The notes under the pieces are model-generated. The model did not search any database. It was given only the letters and a program-made list of their open reading frames with translations, and had not been told where the DNA came from. This document shows positions 27,135 through 28,136 of a DNA stretch of 28,136 nt, in pieces. Position 1 is the first letter of the stretch. Each line of letters begins with the position of its first letter. The stretch is from positions 1 to 28,136 of the forward strand of contig JACPWS010000066.1 of assembly GCA_016196925.1 (NCBI GenBank), read 5' to 3'. The translations under genes and the position numbers were made by a program. Source of the stretch: Burkholderiales bacterium. GTDB lineage: Bacteria > Pseudomonadota > Gammaproteobacteria > Burkholderiales > Burkholderiaceae_D.

Positions 27135-28136
27135 TCACGAGCGCAACTGCCCTCTGAGGAAACTTGCCACCTCGGTTTGGGAGACTCGTCTGAAAAACTC
27201 GAGTCCCCTGACATTGGAAAGAGCTTGGACGAACTCTTGGCTGGGTTCCGGGCAGGAAGCAGGATCAAAATCTTCGGAAGGGATCAGATACCCCCTCAAT
27301 TGCTCCTGCTCGGTATCGCTTGGTTCGGACGGCCTGCTGTATTGACCCTCGAGAAACCCGGTGCTGCGGTTCAGCACCGCAATCAGTGCAGCAGCCGTGG
27401 ACATATCCGTGAGGAGTACACGCAGCTGATCAGGAGTCAGATCGCCCTCCAGCCCATCGACGTTTAGGACACCGCACGTTAGCTTGAAGGGTTGAACCTG
27501 ATAGGGGATCGGCATAGAGACGATCCATTTGAGATCGGGGTGCGCCTTCCGAATTTCAGGCTCAAATTCGGGTTTTTTTGCATCGATGTCAAAGGCGTAG
27601 GGCCACTTGCCATCTTTCCCTTTCACCGACAGCACAGGTCGGAAGTATTTAAACGCTCTTCCCGAGGAGAAAAACCCGGTCGGTATCGAGATCGTTAGCT
27701 CTTCCCTAGTGCGAAGCTGGGCACCCTGTGGATCAATGGCCAAGGTCTCCCGAGTTCCCGAAGCAGTCACTACCCGGCCTCCAAGGGCCCCGGACATGAG
27801 CGTTGCCGCTTCTGTCTCTGCTCTGATTGTCGGAATAATACTCTGCATAATCCCAGCCGTCAGCAGGTAGGCCACAAAGACATAACCGGCAGCTAAGACT
27901 CCAATAAGCAGGCCTATAACTGATGGGGCTGAACCGGAGGTCCCGGAGAGATCCTTTACGGTTCCCAAGAAATTAAACAGTTTAAACATCATTGGCCAGA
28001 CCGGAGACCATATTGTCACAAAGATAATCCCTAGAAGGATCAGGCCCGGTGTTCCCTTCTCCGCAAGGGCATTGGCAAGGCTCCTCGCCCCATCCCCCGA
28101 GGGGCTCTGTGGTTTAGGCTTAACTCGGCGTGCCAT
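27135..28136 (-). CDS. hypothetical 2-TM membrane protein with a GAF-like C-terminal domain
   Basis: 333-aa ORF whose ATG is the last codon of the window. Two hydrophobic helices (GLILLGIIFVTIWSPVWPMMF; VIGLLIGVLAAGYVFVAYLLTAGIM). The C-terminal pattern IPTGFFSSGRAF...WIVSMPI...CGVLNVDG is reminiscent of GAF folds. Confidence 0.55.
   Translation of the reverse strand: MARRVKPKPQSPSGDGARSLANALAEKGTPGLILLGIIFVTIWSPVWPMMFKLFNFLGTVKDLSGTSGSAPSVIGLLIGVLAAGYVFVAYLLTAGIMQSIIPTIRAETEAATLMSGALGGRVVTASGTRETLAIDPQGAQLRTREELTISIPTGFFSSGRAFKYFRPVLSVKGKDGKWPYAFDIDAKKPEFEPEIRKAHPDLKWIVSMPIPYQVQPFKLTCGVLNVDGLEGDLTPDQLRVLLTDMSTAAALIAVLNRSTGFLEGQYSRPSEPSDTEQEQLRGYLIPSEDFDPASCPEPSQEFVQALSNVRGLEFFRRVSQTEVASFLRGQLRS

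Noticed and set aside
1-28136. CRISPR arrays, rRNA genes, tmRNA, RNase P RNA and retron-like msr/msd.
   Set aside because: No regularly spaced direct repeats were seen and no reverse transcriptase ORF. The sequences I compared from memory (tmRNA, RNase P, 4.5S) did not match any intergenic region.

Overview
The window looks like a betaproteobacterial chromosome, probably Burkholderiales/Oxalobacteraceae, judged only from gene content, GC3-rich codons and REP-type repeats. It has three parts. (1) 1-5761 is the proximal end of an AT-rich genomic island integrated at tRNA-Phe(GAA). It carries a tyrosine integrase, a second catalytic-domain-only tyrosine recombinase, several small unassignable ORFs and a 730-bp ORF-poor gap; the distal island end lies beyond the window. 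(2) 5.9-26.6 kb is core chromosome: UbiH-family monooxygenase, DsbC, SAH riboswitch-ahcY-DUF360-metF, an AEC transporter, Lrp/metC, PBP1A, an MdlA/MdlB-like ABC pair and an S9A prolyl oligopeptidase. Embedded in it at 12.5-16.7 kb is the most interesting locus. This is a tightly coupled operon encoding an MglA-family Ras-like GTPase, a soluble histidine kinase with an unassigned N-terminal domain, and a receiver-fused GspE/PilB-type secretion ATPase. No MglB, platform, pilin or secretin genes lie nearby. (3) From about 26.59 kb to the window end is foreign DNA whose junction removes the 5' end of the oligopeptidase gene. It carries a chimeric zinc-ribbon ORF, a frameshifted IS1380-like transposase remnant and a 2TM protein with a GAF-like C-terminal domain. 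No CRISPR array or rRNA was seen. Most of the long ORFs antisense to core genes are high-GC shadow ORFs.
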